DNA of 64,000 bases. Origin: Eukaryota sp. GEM-RC1. Taxonomy: Eukaryota. Within the stretch, counting starts at the first letter, position 1, and each line of letters starts with the position of its first letter. Location: contig JAUFOQ010000003.1 of the NCBI GenBank assembly GCA_040285855.1, forward strand, positions 1,550,001-1,614,000, read 5' to 3'. The notes below the pieces were generated by a model. That model made no database searches and was not told the origin of the DNA. It saw only the letters and a program-made list of their open reading frames with translations. Shown piece by piece: positions 61,556-64,000 of the stretch. The translations under genes and the position numbers were made by a program.

Positions 61556-62731
61556 ATGAACTATCATAACCAACAACACCACCAACACCAACGCCAAGTT
61601 ACTAATGTCATTATTGTAAAGAAACTCACTTCTGCAGTCACCCATAATGACTTACGTAATGCATTTTCTCAATACGGAACTGTTGTTTCCTGTGAAGTCA
61701 AGAAAGACAACTATGATCACCCCCACCAGTTCGCCACTATTACTTTCAGTAGCCCCATTGACTTTGACAAAATTGAGGCAGACTTCTCCAACGAAACACT
61801 CTGTGGTTGTCACATTAGAGTTCAACGCGCTCGTCCCAGAAATGAGCATTTGCAGACCAATATCTACATTGGAAATATTCCTCTCTCATTCACTGAGGAA
61901 AATTTCACTAAAGAGTGTGAAAAGTTCGGCAGGATTCGTTCATTGAAGCTGGTGACTTCACAGGATGGAGTCTTTCAGGGAAAGGGATTCTGTGAGTACA
62001 CTTCTGCTCAAGAAGCAAATTCAGCTCTTACTCAGCTCAAGAACGCAGATTGGGGAGCCGGTAAACTCGAAGTCAATTTCAAGGAACGCTACGCCAACCA
62101 TTCATCTACTGGTAATAGCTTATTTCTCCGAAACATTCCTGCTTCCTGGAACGAGGACCAACTTAAGGCACTATTTGAAAAGGTAGGACCGGTTTCTTCT
62201 GCAACCATCAACCGTACTGATGGTAATATCTCTATTGAATCTGGTTATGTTAACTTTAAACATTCTGCTCATGCCACTAACGCCAAATTCGAGTTTGATG
62301 GTGTTTTCCTTGATCACCGACCCCTCAAGGTTGCTTTTGCTAAGCCCCGCGGTCAACGCATTGCTGAATCGAAGTCACTTAGCAAACCATACATCTCTGC
62401 AAATCCTGCTCCAGTGGCCACCTTCCAAAATCACACAGTCCGTCAAAGTCCCCCTGTAGTAGTCACCCCTCATGTTGAAACCCCTTCCAACAACACTGCT
62501 CCCGCAGATCAATGGAAGGCAGAGATTGAAGGTATGTCCGAAGAGGATTCTGTGTTCTTCCTTACCAAAAGGTTGTTTGACAAGTTGAAGGAAAAAGACT
62601 CTCAACATGCTCCTAAGATTGCTGGAATGTTCAAAGAACTTGGCCTTGAGGAACTTATCAAACTCAATGAAAACGAACAATACTTTGAAGAGAATTATGA
62701 AGAAGCTAGAACTGTTCTTGTTAATAATTAG
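61556..62731 (+). CDS. Polyadenylate-binding protein (RRMs plus MLLE/PABC)
   Basis: Three RRMs (e.g. NIYIGNI/KGFCEY, SLFLRNI/GYVNF) and a C-terminal RLF...APKIAGMFKEL. Confidence 0.8.
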   Translation: MNYHNQQHHQHQRQVTNVIIVKKLTSAVTHNDLRNAFSQYGTVVSCEVKKDNYDHPHQFATITFSSPIDFDKIEADFSNETLCGCHIRVQRARPRNEHLQTNIYIGNIPLSFTEENFTKECEKFGRIRSLKLVTSQDGVFQGKGFCEYTSAQEANSALTQLKNADWGAGKLEVNFKERYANHSSTGNSLFLRNIPASWNEDQLKALFEKVGPVSSATINRTDGNISIESGYVNFKHSAHATNAKFEFDGVFLDHRPLKVAFAKPRGQRIAESKSLSKPYISANPAPVATFQNHTVRQSPPVVVTPHVETPSNNTAPADQWKAEIEGMSEEDSVFFLTKRLFDKLKEKDSQHAPKIAGMFKELGLEELIKLNENEQYFEENYEEARTVLVNN

Positions 62732-62780
62732 TATGTATGGCGATAATAAAGTTCATGAGTTGGAGATTTTATTTTTTTAA

Positions 62781-64000
62781 CTACATTTGGGATGTCTTGG
62801 TCTTTGGTGCTAACTTGTTGTTGAGCTGTGTATAAATTTTGGTGTAGAGAGAATCTGATACGCGATCAACTGCAGAGATCACTTTTCGGGATGAAATAGA
62901 ATCCATATCGTGTTCTGTTCGCTCCACGTATAGTGAACCATCAGACTCCCTTGTAAGTCGAAAATCTAATTGGTTGATGCTAATCAAGTGTGTAAGAATG
63001 GACAGCATTTCAGATTCGGTTAGAGAGAAATTCTGGACAAGAGTGGAAAGAGACACGTTTAAATATGGACTCAGTGAAGTGATTATTGATTTGTGGAGAA
63101 GGGTTGATGCAAAATCACGGATATAACGATGCAAGTGTAGGTCGATAGCAAAACGATGGCGAACCTCTGAATTATTCAAGAGCGAGACAAAGAGGCAAAC
63201 TCTAGACGAGAGAAGGTCATCACCAGTTGAGATATGAGCGGTTCATCTGAGAGCAAGTTTCGGAAGATGTAGTTTTCGTTGATATGGGAGGATATCCATT
63301 CAGACTTCTCCACTTTGAGAGCACAAAAACAAGAATATACAACGATTTCTGACAATGAGACCAATTCTCTTAGAGATATTTCATGAGTGACCGCTTTAAT
63401 AAAGAGGGGTAGGGCATCGCTGCACTTATCTTGGTGAAAAAGAGCCAAAGCGCGTGTTAGTTCGACCTTTTGAGCATACTGTTCAGCGATGTCCTGAGAA
63501 ATAGATGACCCGCTAGCTAGGTCTCGAAGTAATACTGTAGTTCGATCGATGTGAACCAGTGCTTCACCGTATTTGTCCATATAACAGCATATGAGAGCAA
63601 GCAGGTAAAACAGTTCCAAAGTAGTACTTGAGGAACCAATGAAATCACGAAGATCTGTAAGTGCAGTATATGCCGATTCAAGATTTCCTACAGAGATATA
63701 AGAACGCGCTCTCGATATGGTTGTCTGTCTAATAAGCTCAGCAATCATTGACGACTGAGCCTGAGACTTCTCCTCGGACAATCGGTGCTGCTCATGATTG
63801 AAATCAGCTTCAGAAATCGCCAGCCAGTTCTCTAAGTGAGGCATCATAATGGAGTGGTGTTCGGGGTGTTCAGAAGCCCATATTCTATATAATACAAACA
63901 ATTTGGATGATTTAAGAAATGAAGTTGTCCTATGAACCGTTTCAGAAGTGACAGAAGCAGCATTAAAAGTTGCAAAGTAATGAAGAATCCTTTGAGCTTT
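62781..64000 (-). CDS. CSN1: COP9 signalosome subunit 1-like PCI protein (5' end probably outside the window; frameshift near 63178)
   Basis: ELIR...YISVGNLESAY...RDF, FRNLL..EP and DLHLHRYI...SPYLNVSL...F match CSN1. Rpn7 is less likely. Confidence 0.65.

Overview
This window is compact, AT-rich eukaryotic DNA in the standard genetic code. It most likely comes from a flagellated protist, since it carries an inner-arm dynein heavy chain and an Sfi1-like gene. The 30-33 nt introns with a branch site fused to the 3' splice site suggest a metamonad-like lineage (inference). Recognisable genes: Sfi1-like, RPL32, TRAPPC2/sedlin, PCID2, a GPI ethanolamine-phosphate transferase-like gene, a REJ/GPS polycystin-like gene, phospholipase B-like, DNAH6, SART3/Prp24, RHL1 (plant-type topoisomerase VI subunit), separase, Vps15, CDC45, NIP7, Pam16, PABP and CSN1. 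Many long genes are split by small indels, mostly in homopolymers, which are probably long-read errors. Mobile DNA comprises a degenerate Fanzor1 (eukaryotic TnpB) gene at about 1.3-2.3 kb, several CRE-like non-LTR retrotransposon fragments with a restriction-like endonuclease (RLE), and two clean hAT-type MITEs with perfect 8-bp target-site duplications (TSDs). The most notable items are the Fanzor relic, the micro-intron system including one apparent GT-AT intron, and the RHL1 homolog. All family assignments come from recalled motifs, not from database searches.
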